A stretch of 63,522 bases of DNA, the filler included. It is 4 parts of 4 records of this genome, joined end to end, with 100 filler letters (N's around TTAATTAATTAA, not from the genome) between each part and the next. Parts side by side here need not be neighbours in the genome. Positions count along the whole stretch, not along the records: positions 31,221 to 51,945 come from SRR20825010_3563; 3 more parts are not named here. One strand, written 5' to 3'. Position 1 is the stretch's first letter; each line of letters starts with the position of its first letter. The notes beneath the pieces are model-generated. The model was not told the DNA's origin. It searched no databases and was given only the letters and a program-made list of their open reading frames with translations. Made by a program: the position numbers and the translations under genes. Positions 40,220 through 50,052 of this stretch are shown here, piece after piece.

Positions 40220-41644
40220 ATGGAGCCACTACTTACACACAAAGCGACTAAGCTTAATCTCTTAGATTTTAAATCTGTCCCGATCCGTACGTTCTGGATC
40301 ACTTCAATCGCATTCTTCATCTGCTTTTTCGCATGGTTCGGTATCGTGCCATTCATGCCTGACGTAGTCAAGGACTTAGGTCTTACTCCCGCGCAAAAGT
40401 GGAATGCAACAGTTCTTGCGGTAGCGGGAACAGTTTTCGCCAGATTACTTATCGGCAAACTATGCGACAAGTATGGCCCGAGACTATGCTACACCTGGTT
40501 GCTGATCATTGGATCTATTCCTGTAATACTTAGTGGTCTTGTTCAAACTCCGATGCAGTTTTATATATGCCGTCTGTTGACTGGATTCATCGGAGCTTCA
40601 TTCGTTATCACGCAGGTTCATACTTCGCTGATGTTTGCTTCCAACATTGTCGGAACGGCAAATGCAACTTCTGCTGGCTGGGGGAATCTCGGTGGCGGAG
40701 CTAATAGATTGGGTATGCCGATCATTGCAGCGATAGTCATTGGGGTAGGAGTAGCGGAGGCAGATGCCTGGAGATATTCCATGGTTATCGCTGGTATCGC
40801 GTGCTTTACCATGGGTTTGGTGTATTACTTTTTCACAAAAGATACTCCAGAAGGCAACTTCAAGGAATTAGAAGCAAGAGGAATGCAAGTTCCTAGCACC
40901 AAGAAAGACAAAGTTGGCTTTATGGAGGCCGTGAAAGACTATCGTGTTTGGTTGCTTTTCGTGGTCTACGCAGCATGTTTTGGTATAGAACTGACAGTCT
41001 ATGGTACCATGGATGATTACCTTCAAAACACTTTCCAACTCGAACGAATCACTGCTGGGAATATCGTGCTTTCATTCGCTTTGATGAACATTTTCGCCCG
41101 TACACTTGGTGGATATTTTGGAGACAAATTTGGAAAAGCCAGAGGGCTAAAAGGCCGTGTTTGGTTCTTGGCAGCTATCTTAATTGCGGAAGGATTAATG
41201 CTAAGCTTGTTCTCTCTAGCAACAGGATTGTTAGTAGGTTTTGTGCTGCTGGTTGCATTCAGCCTTACGGTTCAAATGGCAGAAGGAGCCACCTTCTCTG
41301 TTGTTCCTTTTGTCAATAGAAAGGCAATAGGATCTATCTCAGGTATAGTTGGAGCAGGGGGAAATTTCGGAGCATTCTTGGCAGCCCTTTTCTTAAGTTC
41401 CAAGTCAGCAGTAGCCGAAAAAGCCGCACTAATGGCAAGTGAAACACTGGGAGCAGATGCAGCAGCGGCAGCACAATCAGCGGCAGCGGCAAGTGCAGTA
41501 TCCGCTGGTTACTTAGTCATAGGCGGTCTGATCGTCATGTCTGGAATGGTTGCCTTGGCGATACGATTCAGTACCGAAGATGAGAAAGTAGCCGAAGTGG
41601 AATTAGGTAGATTACAGCCTGAATTAGTGCGAATAGATAATTAA
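40220..41644 (+). CDS. narK: NarK/NasA-family MFS nitrate/nitrite transporter
   Basis: AFFICFFAWF, ARLLIG..CDKYGPR, nitrate signature GTANATSAGWGNLGGG, ARTLGG, GIVGAGGNFG. Confidence 0.92.
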   Translation: MEPLLTHKATKLNLLDFKSVPIRTFWITSIAFFICFFAWFGIVPFMPDVVKDLGLTPAQKWNATVLAVAGTVFARLLIGKLCDKYGPRLCYTWLLIIGSIPVILSGLVQTPMQFYICRLLTGFIGASFVITQVHTSLMFASNIVGTANATSAGWGNLGGGANRLGMPIIAAIVIGVGVAEADAWRYSMVIAGIACFTMGLVYYFFTKDTPEGNFKELEARGMQVPSTKKDKVGFMEAVKDYRVWLLFVVYAACFGIELTVYGTMDDYLQNTFQLERITAGNIVLSFALMNIFARTLGGYFGDKFGKARGLKGRVWFLAAILIAEGLMLSLFSLATGLLVGFVLLVAFSLTVQMAEGATFSVVPFVNRKAIGSISGIVGAGGNFGAFLAALFLSSKSAVAEKAALMASETLGADAAAAAQSAAAASAVSAGYLVIGGLIVMSGMVALAIRFSTEDEKVAEVELGRLQPELVRIDN

Positions 41645-41838
41645 CTTGTTGTCTATACCCAAAATAGCTCCCGTTTGTAGTACAGAAATGCTATTGGTGA
41701 CAAATGCATTATAGGATTTGATAAACTCAAGAATTGAGGCCACTTCGGTCACCCGTCTTCGGTCTTCCGTCCTCTTGAGCAAATAACATAACTGGCTACA
41801 TTTCAGCTCAACCTATTTCCAATTGTAACCCTTGAGTA

Positions 41839-44800
41839 GTGATCCCAGATAAAAAAGTTAAAACCACTTGTTCCTACTGCGGCGTTGGCTGTGGAATAGT
41901 TGCTGAGGTGGACTCTCAAAACAAAGTACATGTCGAGGGCGATCAGGATCATCCTGTGAACCAAGGCATGCTTTGCTCCAAGGGGCGGAATCTACACTAC
42001 GTAGTGAATGATACTTCAGACAGAATTCTCTATCCTGAGATGCGCTGGAGCAGATCTCATCCTCGTGAGCGGGTGAGCTGGGACGATGGATTAGACAGAG
42101 CAGCAGGAGTTTTCAAATCTTTGATTCAGAAATATGGCCCGAACAGTGTAGGTTTTTATATCTCTGGACAATGCCTTACAGAAGAATATTACATCGCCAA
42201 TAAGCTGACGAAAGGCTTTCTAGGTACAAATAACATAGATACCAACAGTCGCTTGTGCATGAGCTCAGCGGTGGTGGCTTACAAAAAGACTTTCGGTGAA
42301 GATTCAGTCCCTATATCATATGAAGACATAGAGTTGGCCGATGCGTTTTTGATCGCTGGCGCAAATCCCGCCTGGTGTCATCCTATCCTCTTTCGCAGAC
42401 TGGAAAAGCACAAGGAGAAAAATCCGAATGTGAAGATTATCGTGGTAGATCCACGCAAGACTGATTCTGCTACTTTCGCAGATATTCATCTGCAAATCAT
42501 TCCCGGCACCGACATCATTTTGTACAATGCCATTGGCAGAAGAATCATCGATATCGGGTTGGCAGACAAGGAATTCATAGCAAATCATACCGAAAACTAC
42601 CTTAGCTACCGCAAGCAGGTGATGGCAACTTCTCTAAAAGAAGCTTCTAAGCTCTGCGGAATTTCTGTTGACGATATTAAGAAAGTAGCCGAGATTATTG
42701 GCGAATCAAAAGGGTTTATCAGTATGTGGGCAATGGGCTTGAACCAAAGTGCCATCGGTACGGATAAGAACTTTTCCCTGCTGAACCTTTCTTTAGTGAC
42801 AGGCAGAATAGGCAAGCCAGGCAATGGACCATTTTCACTTACAGGCCAGCCAAATGCAATGGGCGGACGTGAAGTTGGTGGAATGGCGAGTTTACTCGCT
42901 GTTCACAAAGACCTGAACAATCCCGTTCATCGGCAGGAAGTGGCCAATTTCTGGGGTGTAAATGAGATTTCACCCGAACCTGGATTATCAGCTACTGAGA
43001 TGTTTGACGCACTTGAAAGTGGGGAAATGAAAGCTGTTTGGATCATTTGCACCAATCCTATGGTGAGTTTGCCGAATTCCAAAAAGATCGAAAAGGCGAT
43101 GAAAAATGCCAAGTTCGTGGTCGTTCAGGATATTTCTCACAAAGCTGACACGGTAGCATACGCAGATTTGGTTCTTCCCGCAGCTGGATGGTTGGAGAAA
43201 GAAGGCACGATGACGAATTCGGAGCGACGAATTTCTTATCTCAACAAAGGCATCAATCCTCCTGGAGAAGCTAGACCAGACGTGGAGATTCTTTGTGATT
43301 TTGCTCGCAGAATGGGTTTTCGAGGTTTTAATTTCAACAATACGGAGGAGATCTACGAGGAGTATTGTGCGATGACGAAAGGTACGAACATCGATATATC
43401 CTACCTCAATTACGATAGGCTGAAGAACGAAGGAACATTCCAGTGGCCAGTTCCGGAGTACAGACATACGGGAACTCCACGGCTTTTTGCAGACAATAAA
43501 TTCTATACTCCTACCCAAAAGGCGGTATTCAATATTCCAGCTCAGATTACGAATACCTCAGAAAAAACGAGCAAGGAATATCCGCTAATTCTTACCACAG
43601 GACGCGTGAGGGATCAGTGGCATACGATGACCAAGACGGGAAAAGTATCCCGACTTCGCACGCATTACCCAAGTCCGGTGCTGGAAATCAATCCCATCGA
43701 TGCTTACCTAGACAAGGTGAAAGACGGAGATGTGGTGGAAGTGAAAAGCAAGAATGGTGTAGTAAGAGTGAAGGCAAAGCTTTCTAAAAACATTCGAGAA
43801 GGCGTGGTTTTTCTGCCCATGCACTGGGGCAAGCAATTGCAATCTGATCTCAATCGAGCAAACAACCTTACAAACACGGTTGTCGATCCTCAATCCAAAG
43901 AACCAGATTTCAAATTTACCACCGTATCTGTTTCCAAATACAAGAAAGCCACAGAGAAAATCGTGGTCGTAGGCGCTGGAGCGGCAGCTTTCCGCTTTAT
44001 TCAAAACTACCGCGAGCACAACGAGTCCGATCAAATTCATGTGTTCTCCAAGGAGCCGCATCCATTTTACAATCGAGTGCTTTTGCCGGAATATGTGACC
44101 GAAGAGCTGACTTGGGAGCAGCTACAGAAGATCAAAGAGCATGAGCTTAAGAAGTTGAAAATAAGTCTTCACACGGGACTTTCTATAGAACATATTGACC
44201 CTGAGAAGCAAGTTGTCGTCGATAATGACGGCCAGGAATATCCTTTTGACAAACTGATTTTGGCGACAGGAAGCCGGCCTTTCATCCCAAAAGATGCGCA
44301 ATTGGACTTGCCCGGTCGATTTACCATGAGAAACAAAATCGATGCGGATCGATTTAAAGATTATTTAGATTCTACGAATTTGCGCCCCGAAAATCAGCAC
44401 GTGGTGATTATCGGAGGTGGATTGCTTGGGCTGGAACTGGCAGCAGCTCTGCAGCACAATCGGGTGAAAGTGACTATAGTACAGCGGGCTTCCAGATTGA
44501 TGGAGCGTCAGTTGGATGAAGTTTCGAGTAAGCTACTTTCTCTGGATGTACAGGAGCGGGGAATTCATGTGTATTTTGATAATGAGGTCAGCACAGTCTT
44601 CGATGATGAAGAACACAAGTCGCTTTCCATCACGCTGAAAAGTGGGAAAATCATTTACGCAAATGCCGTAGTGTACGCGATTGGTACCCAGCCGAACATC
44701 AAGATTGCCCGGGATAACGGAATTCTTTGCGGTCGTGGAATCAAGGTAAATCAGCATTTGCAGACCAATTATCCTAACATTTTTGCAATCGGAGAGATCG

Positions 44801-45363
44801 CAGAATTCCAAAATCAACTCTTCGGAATCACTTCGGCAGCTGAGGAACAGGCCATGGTTTTGGCCAATTATATTGCTGGAGATGTGAGTAGTATTTACAG
44901 CGGATCGGTGCTGATGAATATTCTGAAATTTAAGGATCTGGAACTATGTAGTATAGGCGATATTCTGATTCCTGAAAATGACGATTCCTATGAGGAAATC
45001 ATTTTCACCGACATCAGCCGTCGCTATTACAAAAAGTGTATCGTCAAGGATGATTTGCTCATCGGGGCAGTGCTGATGGGAGATAAAAATGAATTCGCTG
45101 AATTCAAATCCCTGATCGAAAACAAAATTGAGCTTTCCGAAAAGCGAAAATCTTTGCTGATGGGTTCTTCGGAAACACGGCCTGTGATAGGCAAATTAGT
45201 ATGTAGCTGTAGCCGTGTGGGCGAGGGGAATATCAAGGAAGCAATCGCAGGTGGATGCTCCGATTTCACTGCACTTTGTCAGCAGACAGGCGCTGGTTTG
45301 GGTTGTGGAAGTTGTAAAACGGAGGTAAGAGAAATTCTTCACCAATCAAAAGTACTGGCATGA
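41839..45363 (+). CDS. Assimilatory nitrate reductase (Mo-bisPGD) fused to FAD/NAD(P)H oxidoreductase and BFD-like [2Fe-2S] domains
   Basis: CSYCGVGC...LCSKG, NNIDTNSRLCMSSA, LTGQPNAMGGRE, TTGRVRDQWHTMT; then VVGAGAA, LATGS, GGGLLGLE; C-terminal CSC...CGSC; GTG start. Confidence 0.93.
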   Translation: MIPDKKVKTTCSYCGVGCGIVAEVDSQNKVHVEGDQDHPVNQGMLCSKGRNLHYVVNDTSDRILYPEMRWSRSHPRERVSWDDGLDRAAGVFKSLIQKYGPNSVGFYISGQCLTEEYYIANKLTKGFLGTNNIDTNSRLCMSSAVVAYKKTFGEDSVPISYEDIELADAFLIAGANPAWCHPILFRRLEKHKEKNPNVKIIVVDPRKTDSATFADIHLQIIPGTDIILYNAIGRRIIDIGLADKEFIANHTENYLSYRKQVMATSLKEASKLCGISVDDIKKVAEIIGESKGFISMWAMGLNQSAIGTDKNFSLLNLSLVTGRIGKPGNGPFSLTGQPNAMGGREVGGMASLLAVHKDLNNPVHRQEVANFWGVNEISPEPGLSATEMFDALESGEMKAVWIICTNPMVSLPNSKKIEKAMKNAKFVVVQDISHKADTVAYADLVLPAAGWLEKEGTMTNSERRISYLNKGINPPGEARPDVEILCDFARRMGFRGFNFNNTEEIYEEYCAMTKGTNIDISYLNYDRLKNEGTFQWPVPEYRHTGTPRLFADNKFYTPTQKAVFNIPAQITNTSEKTSKEYPLILTTGRVRDQWHTMTKTGKVSRLRTHYPSPVLEINPIDAYLDKVKDGDVVEVKSKNGVVRVKAKLSKNIREGVVFLPMHWGKQLQSDLNRANNLTNTVVDPQSKEPDFKFTTVSVSKYKKATEKIVVVGAGAAAFRFIQNYREHNESDQIHVFSKEPHPFYNRVLLPEYVTEELTWEQLQKIKEHELKKLKISLHTGLSIEHIDPEKQVVVDNDGQEYPFDKLILATGSRPFIPKDAQLDLPGRFTMRNKIDADRFKDYLDSTNLRPENQHVVIIGGGLLGLELAAALQHNRVKVTIVQRASRLMERQLDEVSSKLLSLDVQERGIHVYFDNEVSTVFDDEEHKSLSITLKSGKIIYANAVVYAIGTQPNIKIARDNGILCGRGIKVNQHLQTNYPNIFAIGEIAEFQNQLFGITSAAEEQAMVLANYIAGDVSSIYSGSVLMNILKFKDLELCSIGDILIPENDDSYEEIIFTDISRRYYKKCIVKDDLLIGAVLMGDKNEFAEFKSLIENKIELSEKRKSLLMGSSETRPVIGKLVCSCSRVGEGNIKEAIAGGCSDFTALCQQTGAGLGCGSCKTEVREILHQSKVLA

Positions 45364-46817
45364 AATCGAGCAAGATGAAACAGACCTATTCTAGAGTAGT
45401 GGTGAAAGGCGGAGTACTCTCTCCCGCTGAATTGAAGCAGATCTTGGAACTGGCAGAAAGCGCTGGTTTAGACACAATTTCCCTGGGCTCCCGTCAAGAT
45501 ATTCTTTTCATCAAAGATGATGGAAAGCTTGAAATTGATTCTCAGGATAAATTCCAATTAGTTTCTCCAGAAGAATTGGGTGCCGAAAATATCGTCTCTT
45601 CTTATGTTTCATCAGACATTTTCCCAAGTACACCCTGGCTGACAGGTGATCGGTATCTGTATATCTTGGAGCAATTTAGAGTACAGCCAAACCTCAAAAT
45701 CAATATCACAGATCCGAAGCAGCGCTTGGTTCCTCTTTTCACAGGTCACTTGAATTTCATCGCTTCGGCCCACGAAGATTACTGGTATCTGTATGTTCGT
45801 TTGCCAGAATGGGAAGAGACGATGATGTATCCTGCGCTTATTTACAGTTGGGATATGGCAAAGGTGGCTTCGGCTATCGAAGATATACTTCAGGAGGAAC
45901 CCGAGACAGTTGACTTTCTTTTCGAGTTGGTGAATGATGTGGTAGATTCAAATAATCGAACGGTAGATACTCCGTTGGAAGTCCCATTTTATCCTTTTCC
46001 TTACTATGAGGGAATCAATCGTGTGGGCGATGACCGCTATTGGTTGGGTTTATACTGGAGAAATAACAAGTATTATACTGAGTTTCTGAAAGTGCTTTGC
46101 GATCTATGTGCGGATAGTAAAATCGGTAAAATTTCCATCACACCTTGGAAGTCTATCATCATCAAGGGAATTCCGGAAAATACTAAAATTGAATGGGAAA
46201 GGCTTCTTGGTCGATACGGAATCAACGTGCGTCACTCCATGCTGGAGCTGAATTGGCACCTACCTGTCAACAATAAATCTGCGCTCAAACTCAAGGAGTA
46301 TCTTGTGGATAACTTTGACAAAAGAGACATCAGTACCTACGGTTTGACTTTTGGCATCACTGATTACACCAGAAAAGCGTACTATTTCACTTCCATTATT
46401 ATCGAAAAGAATCAGCCTCCGGCAGGTTTGGAGGGTATCAAAATCCGGAATACTTACAACTTGCTTTACGCCAAAAACTTTGACCCAAATACTCAGCAGT
46501 ACATCGTCTATGTGCAGGAAGTGGACAAAGCTGAATTGCCTGGACTTTTGATCGAGTTAAGTAAGATGTATTTCGAGCAATTGGGGAAAAAGCAGGAGCA
46601 ATCCAAAAAGCAAATTGTCACAAAAGAGACCATCCATTCCGAGATTTTTCAATGCTCGGATTGTCTGACGATGTATGATCCAACTTATGGAGATCAGGAG
46701 CAGAATATTCCCGCAAACACCTCTTTTGAAGAATTACCTGCTGAATATCATTGCTCACTTTGCGAAGCACCGAAAAGCAAATTAGTCAAGAAAACCATCT
46801 CAAAAATCCTCAAATAA
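45360..46817 (+). CDS. Uncharacterised protein with an N-terminal nitrite/sulfite-reductase-like half domain and a C-terminal rubredoxin
   Basis: KGGVLSPAEL...LGSRQDI; C-terminal CSDC.TMYD...F..LP..YHCSLC rubredoxin; ATGA overlap region with the nitrate reductase end. Confidence 0.78.
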   Translation: MKSSKMKQTYSRVVVKGGVLSPAELKQILELAESAGLDTISLGSRQDILFIKDDGKLEIDSQDKFQLVSPEELGAENIVSSYVSSDIFPSTPWLTGDRYLYILEQFRVQPNLKINITDPKQRLVPLFTGHLNFIASAHEDYWYLYVRLPEWEETMMYPALIYSWDMAKVASAIEDILQEEPETVDFLFELVNDVVDSNNRTVDTPLEVPFYPFPYYEGINRVGDDRYWLGLYWRNNKYYTEFLKVLCDLCADSKIGKISITPWKSIIIKGIPENTKIEWERLLGRYGINVRHSMLELNWHLPVNNKSALKLKEYLVDNFDKRDISTYGLTFGITDYTRKAYYFTSIIIEKNQPPAGLEGIKIRNTYNLLYAKNFDPNTQQYIVYVQEVDKAELPGLLIELSKMYFEQLGKKQEQSKKQIVTKETIHSEIFQCSDCLTMYDPTYGDQEQNIPANTSFEELPAEYHCSLCEAPKSKLVKKTISKILK

Positions 46818-46924
46818 GAGCTTAAATCTTAGCTAAAAAGATGACTTATATCAGGGCGAAGCTCTGTAAATGAGTGTCTTAAATCTATACATTTGATAAG
46901 CGTCACTCTTCAATTCTTAGACCT

Positions 46925-48202
46925 ATGAAAAAATTTCTACTACTTATTTTAATCTCACTAGTGTCAATTGAAATTGTTGATGCTCAGGAGTTTACACTCG
47001 ACGCTGATATCCGACCGCGCTTCGAATACAGACACGGTTATGGAAATCTTTTTCCAAATGATGCAAAAGCAGCAGCATTTGTCACACAGCGCTCAAGGTT
47101 GAATTTGGGATACCAAGACGAAAAACTTCAGGTCTATTTCAGTGTGCAGGATGTCAGTACTTGGGGAGATACACAGCAGCTCAGTGCTGTAGATGGTAAC
47201 GATTCCTTTAGCCTTTTTCAAGCTTGGTTTCGTTATTCTTTCACTCCAAACTGGGCGATCAAACTTGGCCGACAGGTCATCTCCTACGATGATCAGCGAA
47301 TTCTAGGAGAAGTGGATTGGACCATGCAGGGGAGGTTTCATGATGCTGCATTGCTCCAATATTCCAAGGATAAGTTTAAGCTCGATTTCGCTTTTGCATA
47401 CAATCAGGAAAATCAAAAAACTCTTGGGAGTGATTATGCAATTACTGGCTTTTTCTCCTACAAAGTGATGCAAATGGCGCACCTCACCAAGGCATGGGAT
47501 AAGGCTACTTTGAGCTTTCTCTTTATGAATAATGGATTTCAGAAATACACCAGGGACCCAGTTCCGCAAACAGATGGATTGTATTACAGACAAACTACTG
47601 GTACCTATTTTACCTTTCCCTTATCGGCTATTAGCGTGACGGGTTCGGCTTACTTGCAATCAGGGAAGGCAAATGCATCTACAGACATTTCCGCATATCA
47701 GTATATGATCGAGGCCAAATACAAACCGGGGAAAGTGGCTTTTATTCTGGGTTTTGAATCGCTAAGTGGAACTGACCAGGGTGGAGAAAGTAAAAGCAAA
47801 TCCTTCTTTCCGCTATACGGAACAAACCACAAATTCAATGGCTACATGGATTACTTCTATGTGGGAAATCATGCAAATAGCGTGGGCTTGAATGATGTCT
47901 ATGGAAAGGTGCAAGTCCCGACTGGAGAGAAATCAAGCATCGCGCTGAATGCTCACTATTTCTCTGCAAATGCGGATTTGGCAAATGATCAGGGAAAGGG
48001 TTTGGGAACAGAATTCGATCTGGTTTTCTCTAAAAGCTTAGCCAAAAACATCAAAATGAATGTGGGTTATTCGCAGATGTTTGCCACAGAAAGTATGAGT
48101 GCGTTGAAAGGTGGAACAAGCTCATCAAACACGAATAACTGGGGTTGGGTGCAGCTGATAGTCAATCCAAGATTGCTGACTTATAAGTTTAAAGAGGATT
48201 GA
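46925..48202 (+). CDS. Alginate-export (AlgE-like) family outer-membrane beta-barrel
   Basis: Signal peptide, IRPRFEYRHG, QRSR, KLGRQ..YDDQRILG..DW, YGTNHKFNGYMDYF; -7 box TACATTTG at 46888-46895. Confidence 0.8.
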   Translation: MKKFLLLILISLVSIEIVDAQEFTLDADIRPRFEYRHGYGNLFPNDAKAAAFVTQRSRLNLGYQDEKLQVYFSVQDVSTWGDTQQLSAVDGNDSFSLFQAWFRYSFTPNWAIKLGRQVISYDDQRILGEVDWTMQGRFHDAALLQYSKDKFKLDFAFAYNQENQKTLGSDYAITGFFSYKVMQMAHLTKAWDKATLSFLFMNNGFQKYTRDPVPQTDGLYYRQTTGTYFTFPLSAISVTGSAYLQSGKANASTDISAYQYMIEAKYKPGKVAFILGFESLSGTDQGGESKSKSFFPLYGTNHKFNGYMDYFYVGNHANSVGLNDVYGKVQVPTGEKSSIALNAHYFSANADLANDQGKGLGTEFDLVFSKSLAKNIKMNVGYSQMFATESMSALKGGTSSSNTNNWGWVQLIVNPRLLTYKFKED

Positions 48203-48252
48203 AAACTCAGCTCAGTTACTTTTTAGCTCCACTAGGATGGTGAGACGGGGAA

Positions 48253-48444
48253 TCAACCGATTTTCCCGTCTCCGTCAATGTCTTTGCCGGATTGCTCTTC
48301 GAGAATCTTAAGGGTTTTGATCAGTAATTCTCTGGTATTAGCCAATTCCCATTCCAAGTTCCTGACTCTGGCTTCGAGTGTTTCAGCTTTGGATTTATGA
48401 TCTTGAATTTGGCTTTGCTGGATAAGATTCCAAAATAGTCCCAT
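48253..48444 (-). CDS. Small hypothetical protein (coiled coil plus DxDGDG tail)
   Basis: 63-aa ORF with ATG preceded by an A-rich leader; LEARVRNLE coiled coil; DIDGDGKIG. Confidence 0.65.
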   Translation of the reverse strand: MGLFWNLIQQSQIQDHKSKAETLEARVRNLEWELANTRELLIKTLKILEEQSGKDIDGDGKIG

Positions 48445-48596
48445 AGGTTAGTTTATTTATTATTTTTTAAATATCCGCTTTTCTGCTAGAAGAGATTCAA
48501 AAGCTAGATAATTGAGGGTAAAATCTAGAATTGAGCTACTTCGGTCATCTGTCTTCCAGCCCGATGACAAGTATCATGTCGGATATTCATATTTCT

Positions 48597-49895
48597 TTAT
48601 TTTTTGCCCTTTGAAACAGCTTTTACCAAAAAGTAAATCAATGTCAGAACTACAATAAATACTAGTATCCCGATCTTCTCATATCCTGTCAGGTTAGATA
48701 GGAAAAAGAGAATAATTCCAGCCGAAAGGATTGGAACAGTGTATCCAAAAGGTATTTTGAAATTTCCGGAATCGGCATTATCCATCTTCCTCAGTTTGAT
48801 AACTGATAGGGCCACGCCAAAATAAACCAGAAGCATACTTGCTGAAGCGATGACTGCCAACTGGCGAAATCCTCCCACGGCTGCTAGCGTAAAACCAATT
48901 CCTGCATAAAGCAAAATCGCCAAATAAGGTGTTTTGAATCGTGGATGAATAGCTGCAAGTTTATCCAAAGGAATAATGCGGTCGCTGGCTAGGCCAAAAA
49001 CTACCCGAGGCATATTGAGAATTTCTCCACTCAGCATACCAAACATGGAGACTCCAGCAGTAATTAATAGTAGCGTGTAGCCAATTGGTCCGAAGACAAC
49101 GTTGGCGACCGATGCCAAAGGAGCTTCCTTGAAATCAGGTAATTGAGCACCCAGCACTCCTTGGGAAACTGTCTGAATCAGAATATAAAGTACAAGGACG
49201 AAGGTTATCCCAATAAAAATAGCCTTAGGAACCGTCTTCTGAGGGTTTTTGATTTCTCCTCCTACAGTTAGTCCAGCATCACCACCTTGAAAAGCGAAGA
49301 ATAAGATCAGAGAAGCTGCACCAAAATTCTTGAAGGATGGTGCGTTCTCGATGTAAAGATTAGCGAATGAAACATCCTTCCAACTGAAGAAAATCAGTAG
49401 AACCAACGGCGTTAGTTTGGCGACTGTATTGATTTTTACTAAGCCAATTCCTTGTTTAACTCCGATGACATTGAGGTAAGCCAACCCGCCAAAAATTAAA
49501 AACAAAAGTAAGACGCGGATTATTTGATTAGTAAAAACCGGAAATGCTAATCCAATTAATTCTACCAGGGCATTTGCCACGGCGGCATCTGAAAAAGCAG
49601 ATCCCAACACCATGAATACAGCAGCTAAAAAGCCTGTGTAAGGACCAAAGGCCGTTTCCACATACGCATAAGCTCCTCCTGATCGGGTTACTTTGCTTCC
49701 TGCTTCGGCGAAACACAGCATCACCAAAGCAATCAGAAACCCACAGAATAGGTAAACAAAGATTCCTGAGGTACCCATGATTTCGGCAACAATCGCCGGC
49801 AAGACAAAGATTCCTGCACCGACAATGATATTTACTATGTTAGCAGAGAGTCCCCATACACCGATCTCTCTTCTTAAGCCTGTATCTTTTTCCAC
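48597..49895 (-). CDS. APC-family amino acid permease
   Basis: IVGAGIF.LP, FAEAGS...SGGAYAY, FFAFQG, EIKNPQKTVP, HPRFKTP; about 12 TM helices. Confidence 0.92.
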   Translation of the reverse strand: MEKDTGLRREIGVWGLSANIVNIIVGAGIFVLPAIVAEIMGTSGIFVYLFCGFLIALVMLCFAEAGSKVTRSGGAYAYVETAFGPYTGFLAAVFMVLGSAFSDAAVANALVELIGLAFPVFTNQIIRVLLLFLIFGGLAYLNVIGVKQGIGLVKINTVAKLTPLVLLIFFSWKDVSFANLYIENAPSFKNFGAASLILFFAFQGGDAGLTVGGEIKNPQKTVPKAIFIGITFVLVLYILIQTVSQGVLGAQLPDFKEAPLASVANVVFGPIGYTLLLITAGVSMFGMLSGEILNMPRVVFGLASDRIIPLDKLAAIHPRFKTPYLAILLYAGIGFTLAAVGGFRQLAVIASASMLLVYFGVALSVIKLRKMDNADSGNFKIPFGYTVPILSAGIILFFLSNLTGYEKIGILVFIVVLTLIYFLVKAVSKGKK

Positions 49896-50052
49896 GATTA
49901 TATTTTATCTGTAATTCTTCTATTTAAAGTGACTAAACCATTAATGATTTGGTAATTCCATTGGTATTGAGGCCACTTCTGTCTTCGGTCTTCCTGCCAA
50001 TCAACCAAAGAAAGTAACACTACTGATATAAATAAACATAACCACAGTATTA

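Noticed and set aside
23463-46817. One organism carrying both DNRA (nrfHA) and assimilatory nirBD/nas genes
   Set aside because: The two clusters lie on different contigs, separated by an artificial spacer, and appear to come from different phyla
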